Below are positions 1 through 9,795 of a stretch of DNA of 64,000 bases, piece after piece. The notes beneath the pieces were generated by a model that was not told the DNA's origin, made no database searches, and worked only from the letters and a program-made list of their open reading frames with translations. The position numbers and the translations under genes are program-made. The DNA lies in assembly GCA_031370645.1 (NCBI GenBank), contig JANMQV010000006.1:6473-70472 (forward strand), written 5' to 3'. Each line of letters begins with the position of its first letter. The stretch's first letter is position 1. This stretch comes from Candidatus Eiseniibacteriota bacterium (GTDB lineage: Bacteria; Eisenbacteria; RBG-16-71-46; SZUA-252).

Positions 1-105
1 GATGGCGCCGTCGACCCGGACTTGCGGTGGAACTCCCGCGGACAAATGGAGATCCGACGCTCGCAGCTTGATCATCTCGTCCAGCAATTGGCGCAGCGAA
101 ACCAT
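1..105 (-). CDS. pilT: Twitching-motility ATPase PilT, 5' end only (gene runs off the left edge of the window)
   Basis: Reverse complement of 1..105 starts ATG and reads MVSLRQLLDEMIKLRASDLHLSAGVPPQVRVDGAI, the conserved PilT/PilU N-terminus. A GGGAGGGA Shine-Dalgarno sits 5 nt upstream. It lies directly downstream of pilB on the same strand. Confidence 0.6.
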   Translation of the reverse strand, partial: MVSLRQLLDEMIKLRASDLHLSAGVPPQVRVDGAI

Positions 106-122
106 GATCCCTCCCGAGCCGA

Positions 123-1895
123 CTACCGGTCGGCGGCCGTCTCCTTCAGGACTTCTTCGGCGGACGTGATGCCGTTCTTGAGCTTGGTGAGGCCGTCCGC
201 CCGCAACGTGAGCATTCCTTCCTCCACCGCCTGCTTCTTGATGGAGCTCACCGAGGAGCGGTCGAGCACGAGATCCCGGATCTTGGCGCTCATCGGCATG
301 ACCTCATAGACGCCGCAGCGCCCCTTGTAACCCGTGTTGTTGCAGTCGACACACCCCTTCCCCTCCTTGAACGTCGCTCCCTTCGCCTCCTCGTCCGAGA
401 TCCCCAGTTCGCGGAGCACTTCGGGGTGGAGCCGGATGTCGGACTTGCACGAGACGCAGACCTTGCGGAGAAGTCGCTGAGCCATGATCAGGTTCGTGGA
501 AGAAGCCACCAGGAACGGCTCGATCCCCATGTCGACCATGCGGTTGATCGTGCTGGGGGCGTCGTTCGTGTGCAGCGTGGAGAGCACGAGATGTCCCGTG
601 AGCGCCGCCTTGACGGCGATCGACCCGGTGTCGATGTCTCGAATTTCACCGACCATGATGATGTTGGGGTCCTGGCGCAGGAACGCGCGCAGGGACGCGG
701 CGAACGTGAGACCGACGTCGTCGTTCACGAGCACCTGGTTGATCCCGTCGAGGTTGTATTCGACCGGGTCTTCCGCGGTCATGATGTTCACTTCAGGGGT
801 GTTGATCTTCGAAAGCGCCGAGTAGAGCGTGGTGGTCTTGCCGCTTCCGGTCGGACCGGTCACGAGCACCATGCCGTACGGCTGCGCGATGGCGCGGCTG
901 AAGTCGTTCAACGCCCGCTCTTGGAAGCCGAGCTTCGTCAGGTCGATGTTCAGGTTGCCCTTGTCCAAGATACGCATGACGACCTTCTCGCCGAAGATCG
1001 TCGGGAGGCTCGAAACGCGGAGATCGATCGTTCGGCCGACGATTCGGAGCTTGATGCGGCCGTCCTGCGGCACGCGGCGCTCGGCGATGTCGAGTTCGGC
1101 CATGATCTTCAAGCGCGAGATGATGGCCGGCTTCATCCGAAAGGGAGGCGACATCATTTCGTAGAGCGTGCCGTCGATTCGGAAGCGGACGCGGAGCGCC
1201 TTCTCGTAGGGCTCGATGTGAATGTCGCTCGCTCCCTTTCGGACGGCGTCCGAGATGAGCGAGTTCACGAGCTTCACGACCGGCGCTTGATCGGCTTCTC
1301 CGATGAGCGCGGCATCCGGCGTGTCGTCGGCCTGCTCTTCGACGATCTCGATATCGTCTTCCATCCCCTTCATGACGTTTTCGAAGGAGGCGGCGTGATC
1401 GTAGGCCTTGTCGATCGCCTTCTTGATGGACGCCTCGGAGGCGACCATCGGCTGCACCTCGCAGCCGGTGATGAACTTGATGTCGTCGATGGCGAAGATG
1501 TTGGCCGGGTTCGCCATCGCCACCTGCAACTTCCGCCCCGACTTCGCGACCGGGACGACCTGGAACTTGTTCGCCACGTCGGACGGCAGGAGCTTCACGA
1601 CGGACGGATCGGGGATGAAATTCGAGAGGTCGATCGACGGCACGCCGTAGAGCTCGCCGAGGAACTTCGTCAGATCGGCCTCGGTCACAGCTCCGACCTT
1701 GATGAGCGCGGCGGTGATATTCCCGCCCCCGGTCTTGACCTGCAGCTGAGCCTTCTGGAGCGACTCGGGCGTGATGAGGCGCGCCTCGAGAAGCTTGAGA
1801 CCGATGTTGTCCTGCTGCACGATCCGTCCCCCGAGCATTTCGATGGCATGAAAGGTGGGACCCGCACCAGAAGGCGCGAGTGTGGCGGGACGCAT
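123..1895 (-). CDS. pilB: Type IV pilus assembly / type II secretion ATPase (PilB/GspE family)
   Basis: 590 aa. N-terminal GSPII_E-type domain (LITPESLQKAQLQ..., VPSIDLSNF). Walker A GPTGSGKTTTLYSAL. C-terminal CxxC...CxxC tetracysteine motif (CVSCKS...CVDCNNTGYKGR). Confidence 0.9.
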   Translation of the reverse strand: MRPATLAPSGAGPTFHAIEMLGGRIVQQDNIGLKLLEARLITPESLQKAQLQVKTGGGNITAALIKVGAVTEADLTKFLGELYGVPSIDLSNFIPDPSVVKLLPSDVANKFQVVPVAKSGRKLQVAMANPANIFAIDDIKFITGCEVQPMVASEASIKKAIDKAYDHAASFENVMKGMEDDIEIVEEQADDTPDAALIGEADQAPVVKLVNSLISDAVRKGASDIHIEPYEKALRVRFRIDGTLYEMMSPPFRMKPAIISRLKIMAELDIAERRVPQDGRIKLRIVGRTIDLRVSSLPTIFGEKVVMRILDKGNLNIDLTKLGFQERALNDFSRAIAQPYGMVLVTGPTGSGKTTTLYSALSKINTPEVNIMTAEDPVEYNLDGINQVLVNDDVGLTFAASLRAFLRQDPNIIMVGEIRDIDTGSIAVKAALTGHLVLSTLHTNDAPSTINRMVDMGIEPFLVASSTNLIMAQRLLRKVCVSCKSDIRLHPEVLRELGISDEEAKGATFKEGKGCVDCNNTGYKGRCGVYEVMPMSAKIRDLVLDRSSVSSIKKQAVEEGMLTLRADGLTKLKNGITSAEEVLKETAADR

Positions 1896-2048
1896 TTCCG
1901 CAAGTCCGATGCCATTCGCCGCATCGCGCGGGGGATACCTGACGGGAAAGGCTAGGTGACGGCGGGCGTGTCGCTTAGCGGCTGGCTCGATCGAGCCGGA
2001 GGGGTTCCACGACGTGCAGGCGGCACGCCATCGTGCAATCCGCGCTGG

Positions 2049-2540
2049 TCAGTTTGCGAACGGCGACGCCGAATCGGCCGGTGCCGAACGGAGAAAGGGG
2101 CGGAGTCGTTCGAGCGTTCGAGGCCCGATTCCGCGAACGCGGAGGAGCCCTTCCGGAGTTCCGAACGCCCCGCGCGCCGCCCGATCGGAAACGATGCGGG
2201 CGGCGAGCGCCGGGCCGATGCCCGGCAGGCGCTCCCAATCGCTCGCCGACGCGCGGTCGGGGTCGATCCTGCCGAGCGCGAGAGAGCTCATCTTGGCCCG
2301 AGAGCGATTCCCCGGGAGCCCGCGGGTGGCGGGCGGCGGAGCCGCTGAATCGGGGTCGATCCCCGCGAGCCCGGTGGCTTCGCGGCCCTCCTCTTCGCGA
2401 AGAGCGTCCGATTCCTCGAGGGTTCTCAGGCGCTCCACGAAGGTCGGGCCGTCCGGGCCGCTTAGGGATCGGTAGGCGGCGCCGACGAGGAGCGAGATCA
2501 GTACGAAGAGTAGCGTGGCACGAAACTGACGCCCACCCAT
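2049..2540 (-). CDS. comEA: ComEA-like helix-hairpin-helix DNA-binding competence protein
   Basis: 163 aa. N-terminal membrane anchor (LLFVLISLLVGAAY). C-terminal tandem HhH motif DWERLPGIGPALAARIV...LLRVRGIGPRTLERLRPFL. Confidence 0.8.
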   Translation of the reverse strand: MGGRQFRATLLFVLISLLVGAAYRSLSGPDGPTFVERLRTLEESDALREEEGREATGLAGIDPDSAAPPPATRGLPGNRSRAKMSSLALGRIDPDRASASDWERLPGIGPALAARIVSDRAARGAFGTPEGLLRVRGIGPRTLERLRPFLRSAPADSASPFAN

Positions 2541-2570
2541 GGCGATTTCCTCACCGGCCCCGAGGCCATG

Positions 2571-4703
2571 TCAGTCGAGGAGGTTCCAGACCACGCCGAA
2601 GCGTAGACGGCGCCCCGCGGTGGGGACTCCGGCGTCGGACGCGATTTCGTAGAGGCCGCTGGGGGGGCGGCGATCGAAGAGGTCGTCGACGCGCAAGTAG
2701 ATCCCGGCGTCGCCGAAGTCGGCGTGAAGCGTCGCGTCGAAGAGGGCCGTCGCGGCGGCGCGAATCGCTCCCTCGCGCCGGCCCACCACATGCGCTTCGA
2801 CGCCGAGACGAAGCGGGAGATCGCCCCGGAAGAACTTGGCGGCGCCGTGGACCGAAGCATCGACCCCGGCGCGCGGGAGCGATCCGGCGTGCGGGGACTG
2901 CCGCGAGGAGCCTCCCCGCAGCCAGCCGAGCGCTCGAAAACCGATCGGTCCCAACGTGGCGGCTGTACCGAAGGAGGCGTGGCTCACCCAACCGGAGCCC
3001 CGCAGCGTGGCGCGATCGTCGACGACGATCGTGTCGGGGGTCTCGGACCGGGTCAGATTCCATCCAAAGTCGTCCACGAGATAACGCGCCGATCCCGACG
3101 CGGTGAATTCCATGCGCTTCGAGGTGCGCCACGCGGTCGTCGCCACGGCGCCATTCAACCGCCGTGGGCGAAGCGACGGATCGCCGGACACGGTATAGCG
3201 GACCGGCTTCGGGAGCACGACGACGTCCTCGAAGGGACGGTCCCGCGTGGGGAGGAGCCGATCTTCCCATGTCGCCCGCTCGTGCGTCGACTCGATGTCG
3301 AGACGCGCGCTACCGCGCGACGCCGTCATCGACGCATGGAGGCGCGCGTCGAGAAATCCGAGATCCCCTTCGCGAGCGTCGTAGGCGAGGTCCGCGCCCC
3401 ATTCTCGCAGCCGCTTTCCGCTCCGGACGTCGCGCCGCACCGCGAGGCCGGCGCGCCCTTCGGTCCGCGTTCCATGAAATTCGACATCGAGCAATCCCGC
3501 CGGGGTGTTCGCGGGTCCCGCGCGGTAGCGGAGCGTGCGCCCCGTCGCGCGCGCCGCGGCCATCCAAAGCCATCCCGCGGCGGGCTGCCACTGCGACTCC
3601 TCCGCGACGGTCCACGTTGGTTCGTCCCAGCGCTCGCGCGTTCCGTCGATCTCGATGCCGGTGTGACGCGAGCGCGCCGCCTCCGCGCGGAATCGATGCT
3701 CCCACACCCCCGCGCGCTGAATGGCGTGCAGCGCCAGACTCCGATCGTTCAGGAGCGCCTCGCCCGCGCGAATGCGTCCGCGCGAAGCATCGAGCTCGGC
3801 ATCCTCGACGCGCCGCGTCGCGACGTCGCCCTCGATCCAGGCGCGAAGCCCGCCGCGGCGCGGAAGCGCCACCACCGCGGCATAGCGCGTATCGGTGGCG
3901 CGCAACAACGCGTCGGCACCGTCGCTCGAGCGCCGCGTGTAGGCGGCCGCGAGCCCCGGTCCGAGCGCCGGTGCGGTGAAGCGCGCTCCGACTTGCTGGA
4001 GCCCAAGGTCCCCTTTCTCGTAGAGCAGCGCGCTCTCCGTCGGGCCGGGACGCGCGCCCCGATCGAGAAGTGCTTCTTCCCACCAGAGCACCGGACGCGG
4101 CGCCGCGAGAAGCTCCGCTGGCCCTTCGAGGACGGGGCGCGTCGTCGGCTCGCTCCAGCGCGAGACGAGAAGCGGATCGTTTCTAGAAGCCCCGGGAGCC
4201 GCGATGGCGGTCGCGGCGTTCGGCATGCCGAGGAGGAGCAGGTAGCCGGCAACCGGCGTCCGATCGGTCGCGGCGGTGCGCCACCCGGCGAGCGGGACAC
4301 CCGCGTCGAGCGTCACGGGGCGTTCCCACGCCTCGCTCGGCAACGGGAGCGCGAACGCGTCCGCCGGCCATCGTTCGCGGAACTGCAGCCGAAGCGACGT
4401 CTTCCCCTCGAGACGGAGCGGGTCGACATCGAGGTGGAGTCCGGAGGGCGGGGCAGGCGGCGACGTCGCCGAGCGAACGACGGAGTCGGCCGAGGCGGAG
4501 TGGCCCGTCGGAAGCGACGGTGCGGAAGTTCCGTGAAGTGCGACGCTGTCGGCCGGAACGGTGACGGAGTCGCGGAGCGCGACGCCTTGCGCGCGCGACA
4601 TCCCGATCGGGATCGTCGCTCCCGCGAAGAGCGCGGCGAACGTGCCGGCCACGATCGCGGCAGCGGCAGCGGGCCCGAGCGTTCGAGTCTTACGCGACGG
4701 CAT
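2571..4703 (-). CDS. Putative outer-membrane protein (about 710 aa, signal peptide, Gly/Ala/Arg-rich; possibly a beta-barrel)
   Basis: The long minus-strand ORF 2571..4946 carries a spurious N-terminal extension. An internal Met at about 4703 gives a classic signal peptide (MPSRKTRTLGPAAAAAIVAGTFAALFAGA). The protein is long and glycine-rich with alternating amphipathic C-terminal strands. No recognisable family motif. The start overlaps the upstream gene end (4690) by about 13 nt. Confidence 0.45.
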   Translation of the reverse strand: MPSRKTRTLGPAAAAAIVAGTFAALFAGATIPIGMSRAQGVALRDSVTVPADSVALHGTSAPSLPTGHSASADSVVRSATSPPAPPSGLHLDVDPLRLEGKTSLRLQFRERWPADAFALPLPSEAWERPVTLDAGVPLAGWRTAATDRTPVAGYLLLLGMPNAATAIAAPGASRNDPLLVSRWSEPTTRPVLEGPAELLAAPRPVLWWEEALLDRGARPGPTESALLYEKGDLGLQQVGARFTAPALGPGLAAAYTRRSSDGADALLRATDTRYAAVVALPRRGGLRAWIEGDVATRRVEDAELDASRGRIRAGEALLNDRSLALHAIQRAGVWEHRFRAEAARSRHTGIEIDGTRERWDEPTWTVAEESQWQPAAGWLWMAAARATGRTLRYRAGPANTPAGLLDVEFHGTRTEGRAGLAVRRDVRSGKRLREWGADLAYDAREGDLGFLDARLHASMTASRGSARLDIESTHERATWEDRLLPTRDRPFEDVVVLPKPVRYTVSGDPSLRPRRLNGAVATTAWRTSKRMEFTASGSARYLVDDFGWNLTRSETPDTIVVDDRATLRGSGWVSHASFGTAATLGPIGFRALGWLRGGSSRQSPHAGSLPRAGVDASVHGAAKFFRGDLPLRLGVEAHVVGRREGAIRAAATALFDATLHADFGDAGIYLRVDDLFDRRPPSGLYEIASDAGVPTAGRRLRFGVVWNLLD

Positions 4704-5223
4704 CGGCACTCCCCGATTGGCGCGCCAGCCATGGCGCCGCGAGCCGGCCCACGATGAAGAAGATGACACCGTTCGACGCGATGTGCTGCACCGCGGGAAT
4801 GGCGCCGAGCGCGAAGGTCGCGGGGATCGACCCGAAGACGAGCCCTTGCGCCACGTTCGTGAGGAGATCATAGGCGAGCGTCCCGGCGATCCCGACGAGG
4901 AGCCAAACGAACGTGGAGGCGCCCCCGCGACGCGCGAGCGGCCCACGCAAGAGACCCCCGATGGCTCCGAGCATCGCTCCTCCGAGAACTTGCGCCGCCA
5001 GCACCCAAGGATGCGGCGGACCGTAGGGATTCGCCACGCTGAAGACCAGACGCGCGACCCCGCCGATCCAGGCGCCCCAGATGACGCCGGTCAGCGCCCC
5101 TGAAAGAACCGTGGCGGCGGAAAAAAGCTCCACGAAGAATAGAAAGGGGAAGAGAACCATCTTGGCGTAGCCGCAGGCGACGGTAAAGGCGATGAGGGAG
5201 GCGCTACGGACGACCGTTCGCAT
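4690..5223 (-). CDS. Small polytopic membrane protein (5-6 TM; ECF-transporter S-component-like?)
   Basis: 177 aa, almost entirely hydrophobic with Gly-rich TM helices (VIWGAWIGGVARLVFSVANPYG, WLLVGIAGTLAYDLL, GVIFFIVGRLAAPWL). Third-position GC is consistent with coding. Confidence 0.5.
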   Translation of the reverse strand: MRTVVRSASLIAFTVACGYAKMVLFPFLFFVELFSAATVLSGALTGVIWGAWIGGVARLVFSVANPYGPPHPWVLAAQVLGGAMLGAIGGLLRGPLARRGGASTFVWLLVGIAGTLAYDLLTNVAQGLVFGSIPATFALGAIPAVQHIASNGVIFFIVGRLAAPWLARQSGSADAVA

Positions 5224-5297
5224 GGGAGGGCGAGACGAAGGCGGACGGTATCAGATGAAGGGGTACGGCGCTACGCGAAAAGCGAAGGAGGGCGGAG

Positions 5298-6141
5298 CTA
5301 GGGGCGGCTTCGGAGCGGCCGGCGGGCGCGGAACGCCTCCTCGAGTGGGCCGAGGATCTCGTACGGCACCGGAACCGAGCCGATGGCCACGCCCGGGGTT
5401 CGAGCTCCGTGGCAGTCGGAACCGCCGGTCTTCAAGAGCCCGTACCGGTCGGCGATGGCGGTGAACTTCTTCACGGCCGAGGCGTCGTGCTTCGTGTGCC
5501 AGACCTCGATGCCATCGAGCCCGCGGCGCGTCCAGCCCTCGATCAGGTGATCTCGATTGAGCGTGCCGGGATGGGCGAGGACGGTGACCCCGCCCGCCTC
5601 GTGCACGATGGCGGCCGCCTCGTCCATCGGCACCGTCATCTTCGGAACGTACGCGGGCGCATGGTGTCCGAGAAATCGTTGAAACGCTTCGTTCAGCGTG
5701 TCGACGTGCCCTTCTTGGAGAAGCGCTTCGGCCACGTGCGGTCGGCCGATCGCCCCGCCGTTCGCGATCGCCTCGATCTCTTCGATCGATATCTTGATTC
5801 CGATTCCCTTCAACCGCGCGAGGATCTTCCGGGCCCGCTCGTGCCTTCCCTGGCGCCAGCGCGCGAGTGCCACGGCGAATCCGGGTTCTTCGGGATCGAA
5901 GCCGTATGCGAGGACGTGAACGTCGATCCCCTGCTCGTTCACCGAGAGCTCGACTCCGGTGATGACGCGAATGCCGGCCGCCTCCGCGCGTTCGCGGAGC
6001 CGGGGGATGCCGTCGACGGCGTCATGATCGGTGAGCGCGATGACTTCGACGCCCTGGCGGGCGGCGTGGGCGGCTACCTCCTCCGGGGTGTCGGCGCCGT
6101 CGGAGGCGGTCGAATGAAGGTGAAGGTCGAGTCGCGCGCCC
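5298..6141 (-). CDS. PHP-domain metal-dependent phosphoesterase (TrpH/YciV family)
   Basis: The true start is an internal Met, MGARLDLHLHSTASDGADTPEEV (ATG at about 6139-6141). Motifs: LHLHSTASDG, ALTDHD, GVEVWH, GSDCHG (PHP metal-binding His/Asp). The 5' part of the 500-aa track ORF is an Arg-rich artefact. Confidence 0.8.
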
Positions 6142-6142
6142 A

Positions 6143-8137
6143 TTATCCGAGGTCCCGGGAGCCAGACAACTTTTGCTTCAGCTCTCGTACCTTGGTCGCG
6201 ACTTTCAAGAAGTCGACATTCAGGACGTGGACCTCCTCGAAATGCTGGAGGGCGCGGTCGAGGTTTCCAAGGCGTTCGTGAGCCACACCCAGATTGTACC
6301 GGATACTGATCGTTTCGTCCGGCCCATGTCCGGGGAGCTCCAGCGCCCGGGTAAGCTCCTTGATGGCCTCGCCAGGCTCGTTCTTCTCCAGGCAGCAGAG
6401 GGCGATCATCTCGAGCGACTTGAGTTCCATGGGCGCCCCCTTCTGCGCGATCTGGAACTCGGCGATCGCCTCGTCGTAGAGGCCCATTTCCATGTAGGCC
6501 ATGCCGAGATCGTAGTGGCTCTCGTGGTCCTCGCCGGAGATCGAGTTCTGCACACCCTGCTTGAACTCGTCGATGATCTCCTCGAGGTCCACCAGGCTGT
6601 CGAGGTTCGACGGCGTTTCGTCGCGCACGCGAACCGAGGCGGCCGGTTTCGGCACATTGATCGCGTCGAAGTCGATGTCGCTCCCCGCAGGGGTCGGCGT
6701 GTGGAGGAGCGCGTCGAGCCGCTGTACGCGCATCCGCGCGCGGTCGCTCGAGCCGTCGATCTCGAGCACGCGCAGGTACTCGGCGCGAGCGAGCGCCCAC
6801 TCTTCCATCGCCAGGTAGCGCTCGGCGAGATCGAATCGCGCTCGCGCCTCCGCGGGACGGTCCTCGGTCTGCGCCGTGATGTCGACTTGGCGCCGGAGCG
6901 CCGCCTCGTGCTGCGGCGCGATCTGGAGGAGCGACGCGAGAAGCATCCGCGCGCGGTCGAGATCTCCGCGGAAGAACGAGAGCTCCGCGGCCTTCCAGAA
7001 TTCGTCCGCGGCGAGCTCGGGCTTTCCGGTGCTGAGATAGGTCGTCGCCAGTTCCTCGTGGCTCGGCGGCACGGTCTCCGCGGGCGCGATGAAGACCGGC
7101 TCCGCTTCCGCGGGCGCCGGTGCCGCGGGAGCGGTGGGAGCCGGCGGCGTTGCCGCGACCGGAACCCCAGGCGACGCGCTCGCTGGCGCGGAATCGCCCT
7201 CCGTCTGCGTGAACGGCTTCGAGAACGAGATCTTCTCCTCCGGCGGCGCGACGAGCGGCTCCGAGGAGAGCGAGACGACGCCCGGCTCGAGCGGACCGGT
7301 CGCTCCGCCGGCGGACGTCGGCGAAGGATCGCTCGCCGGCCCGTGGGCGAGCGAGACGACGCCCGGCTCGAGATTCCCCGCGCCGCCCGGCGCGATCGAC
7401 TGGGCGGAGGATTCGAAGCCGTTTCGGCTCGGCGGCATCGTGACCGGCGCCGATTCGCTTTGGAGACCGGAGCCCTGTTCGATGGCGAACGTGCCGTCGC
7501 CCGAATCCGCGGGGGCCGCGGGAGCGGCCGCCGCCGAACCGATCGAAGGCGCAAGTGTGGACGCGCGCTCGCGCAACTCGACCGCGGCGCTTCGCCGACC
7601 CGCCTGTTCCGCGCGGTCTGCCCGCCGGATGAGTTCCTTGCCGCCGCGCTCGGGCTGATCGCCGCGCATGGCGATCTCGACGTACTTCTCCGAGAGTTCT
7701 TCGTTGTCGGGGGAGAGCGAGAGGACCTGGTCGAGCGCGTCGAGCGCCGACTCGTGCTCCTGGCGGCGAATCGACCCTTCGGCGTACTCGAGGTAGTGGA
7801 TCTGCGCGTCGCCGTAGAGCCCCTCTTTCGCGTAGAGGTCTCCGAGCGAGCGGTGAATCTGGAGGTCCTCCTTCGAAATCCGGAGGATCTTCTTGCAGAC
7901 CGCGATGGCGTTCTTGAACAGTTCGCCCCGCGTGTACTCGTCCACGGCCTGGCGGTAGCGGCGGACCGCCTCCTGCATGGAGCCGCGCTTCGCGAGCAGA
8001 TCCGCGACCAGAATGAAGTCGTACGGGTCCTTATCGCCGCTGTCGAAGAGCTTATCGAACTCCGCCAGGGCGGCGTCGATCTGCCCCTTCTGGATCAGCA
8101 GCTGGGCTTTCTTCTTGATCGCGAGATTGCGGTCCAC
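6143..8137 (-). CDS. TPR-repeat protein with a central Pro/Ala/Ser-rich low-complexity linker
   Basis: 664 aa. N-terminal and C-terminal TPR-like helical repeats (LGDLYAKEGLYGDAQIHYLEYA; YDLGMAYMEMGLYDEAIAEFQIA). The central ~200 aa are PAPTAPAAPAPA-type low complexity. Confidence 0.7.
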   Translation of the reverse strand: MDRNLAIKKKAQLLIQKGQIDAALAEFDKLFDSGDKDPYDFILVADLLAKRGSMQEAVRRYRQAVDEYTRGELFKNAIAVCKKILRISKEDLQIHRSLGDLYAKEGLYGDAQIHYLEYAEGSIRRQEHESALDALDQVLSLSPDNEELSEKYVEIAMRGDQPERGGKELIRRADRAEQAGRRSAAVELRERASTLAPSIGSAAAAPAAPADSGDGTFAIEQGSGLQSESAPVTMPPSRNGFESSAQSIAPGGAGNLEPGVVSLAHGPASDPSPTSAGGATGPLEPGVVSLSSEPLVAPPEEKISFSKPFTQTEGDSAPASASPGVPVAATPPAPTAPAAPAPAEAEPVFIAPAETVPPSHEELATTYLSTGKPELAADEFWKAAELSFFRGDLDRARMLLASLLQIAPQHEAALRRQVDITAQTEDRPAEARARFDLAERYLAMEEWALARAEYLRVLEIDGSSDRARMRVQRLDALLHTPTPAGSDIDFDAINVPKPAASVRVRDETPSNLDSLVDLEEIIDEFKQGVQNSISGEDHESHYDLGMAYMEMGLYDEAIAEFQIAQKGAPMELKSLEMIALCCLEKNEPGEAIKELTRALELPGHGPDETISIRYNLGVAHERLGNLDRALQHFEEVHVLNVDFLKVATKVRELKQKLSGSRDLG

Positions 8138-8164
8138 GATGCCTCGTTCGCTCCTTCGAAGTCG

Positions 8165-9706
8165 CTACGCCCCGGCCGCGAGTCCCATCCGCGTCCGCAC
8201 CCGATCCAGAATCCCCGCGTGAAGCGCCGCCGCTCTCTCGGTCGCCTGTCGCGCTCGAACCTCGAGGCCTCCGCGCTCCTCCGCCGCGACCGACGGCAGA
8301 TTGATCGCCACGTTCAGTGCGGCACCCTCCACACCTCCCCGGGCGAGCCACCCGGCCACTCCCGCGTCACTCACGGCGTTCAGATTCCCCACTTCGGCGA
8401 CCTCGGCCACGAGTTCCAGAGCCCGCAGACAGGCTTCCGCCGTTCGAAGCGGCACCGCCGCCGCGTTTCGGGCGGCATCCGACAGCGCCTTCTCGCGCGT
8501 TGCCGTCTCTTCCGGCGTTCGCTGCGACATCTTCGACGCGGCCACGAAGCCCTCGTAGGCTCTCGCGTCCTCCGCGACCAAGTCGAAGAGTTCCCTTCGA
8601 AGCGCCTCGCCGTTTCGCTCCACGGAGCGCATCCGCTCCTCGTGCTCGGCGTAGCGCTTCTTTCCGATCGTCAGCCGCGCCACCATCGTCGCGAGCGCGC
8701 CGGCGAGCGAACCCGCGAGCGCCGCCACGCTTCCCCCGCCGGGCGTCGGCGCCGACGAGGCGACCTCGTCGAGGAACTCCGGCACCGCCTGTTCCGCGGC
8801 GCCGAGGTTTCGGGCCAGCCGAGTTTCCAAGATCTGCTCTCGGGAGAAGCTCTCGAGCCGCAGGGTGTGCTCCGCGACGTCGATGAGCGCGTCCTGGCAA
8901 ACCAGGCCGACGATCTCGCTCCCCACGATCGGAACGCCGTAGCGCTCCGCCTCCTCCCGGATCATCGCGAAGACGCGGTGCACCGGAGTGCCCCACGTGT
9001 TCACGAGATTCATCGACACCTGGACGATTCCTCGCTCGTGAAGCTCGAAGCCGAGCGCCTTCACGTACCGAAGCCCGCCCGTCTGGAAGCGGATCGCCTT
9101 CGCGATTCGCTTCGCCACTTCGACGTCGCGGGTTCCGAGATTCACGTTGAACGCGAGCAGCGGGAGCCTCGCCCCGATGGCGATCGCACCTGCCGACGCG
9201 TGAATCAACTTCGGACCGAAGTCGGGATCACGCTCGGGATTCGTTCCGAGCTCCTTCCCGATTCCCTCAAACTCGCCGCGCCGGACGTCCGCCAAATTCT
9301 GGCGGGCTGGCCGGGTCGCCGCTGCCTCATAGAGATAGACTGGGATCCCCAACTCCGTTCCAATCCGCTCCCCGGCACGGCGCGCCAACTCGACGCAACG
9401 ATCGAGCTTCGAGGATCCGACCGGAACGAACGGGAGCACGTCGGTGGCGCCCATCCGAGGGTGCTCCCCCTGGTGCTTCCTCAAATCGATCAGCTCGGCC
9501 GCCTTACGCACGGCCCGGACGGCAGCCTCCAACACGGCTTCCGGTTCCCCCACGAAGGTGACCACCGAACGGTTGTGATCGGCGTTCATCTCATGTCCGA
9601 GCAACTGGATCGAGCGATCATGCGAAATTTCGGCAACAATGGCCGTAACTACAGACTTATTTCGGCCTTCGCTGAAGTTGGGAACGCACTCGATCAGCTC
9701 TGCCAT
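8165..9706 (-). CDS. ftcD: Bifunctional glutamate formimidoyltransferase / formimidoyltetrahydrofolate cyclodeaminase (FTCD)
   Basis: Start at the internal MAELIECVPNFSEGR (formiminotransferase N-domain signature). C-terminal cyclodeaminase domain with PTPGGGSVAALAGSLAGALATMVARLTIGKK. About 513 aa. Confidence 0.85.
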   Translation of the reverse strand: MAELIECVPNFSEGRNKSVVTAIVAEISHDRSIQLLGHEMNADHNRSVVTFVGEPEAVLEAAVRAVRKAAELIDLRKHQGEHPRMGATDVLPFVPVGSSKLDRCVELARRAGERIGTELGIPVYLYEAAATRPARQNLADVRRGEFEGIGKELGTNPERDPDFGPKLIHASAGAIAIGARLPLLAFNVNLGTRDVEVAKRIAKAIRFQTGGLRYVKALGFELHERGIVQVSMNLVNTWGTPVHRVFAMIREEAERYGVPIVGSEIVGLVCQDALIDVAEHTLRLESFSREQILETRLARNLGAAEQAVPEFLDEVASSAPTPGGGSVAALAGSLAGALATMVARLTIGKKRYAEHEERMRSVERNGEALRRELFDLVAEDARAYEGFVAASKMSQRTPEETATREKALSDAARNAAAVPLRTAEACLRALELVAEVAEVGNLNAVSDAGVAGWLARGGVEGAALNVAINLPSVAAEERGGLEVRARQATERAAALHAGILDRVRTRMGLAAGA

Positions 9707-9795
9707 GGGGTTCCTCCCGGGTCGGTTTGGTCGCACGGCGGGGGCGCGGTTCGGGCCGCGATCGCCATTCAAGACAGAGAATTAGAGCATTGAGT

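Noticed and set aside
2033-4946. Cluster of long Arg/Pro/Gly-rich ORFs on both strands (2033..3106, 2724..4757, 3164..3979, 3310..4083 and others)
   Set aside because: All lie in alternate frames or antisense to comEA and the OMP gene. They are low-complexity Arg-rich translations with no start context.
5298-6800. N-terminal ~220 aa of the 500-aa PHP ORF. The same applies to the extensions of the lmbE (18045..19667), rhomboid (53027..54226), aminotransferase (56679..58577), hutH (12809..15304) and Omp85 (20878..23064) track ORFs.
   Set aside because: The extensions are Arg-rich and overlap the upstream gene in another frame. Conserved family N-termini begin at internal start codons that abut or overlap the upstream stop.
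6173-9793. 1206-aa plus-strand ORF, the longest in the track
   Set aside because: Antisense to the TPR and FTCD genes. Its translation is Arg/Gly/Asp-rich with no motifs. This is the typical stop-codon-poor shadow frame of 70% GC DNA.
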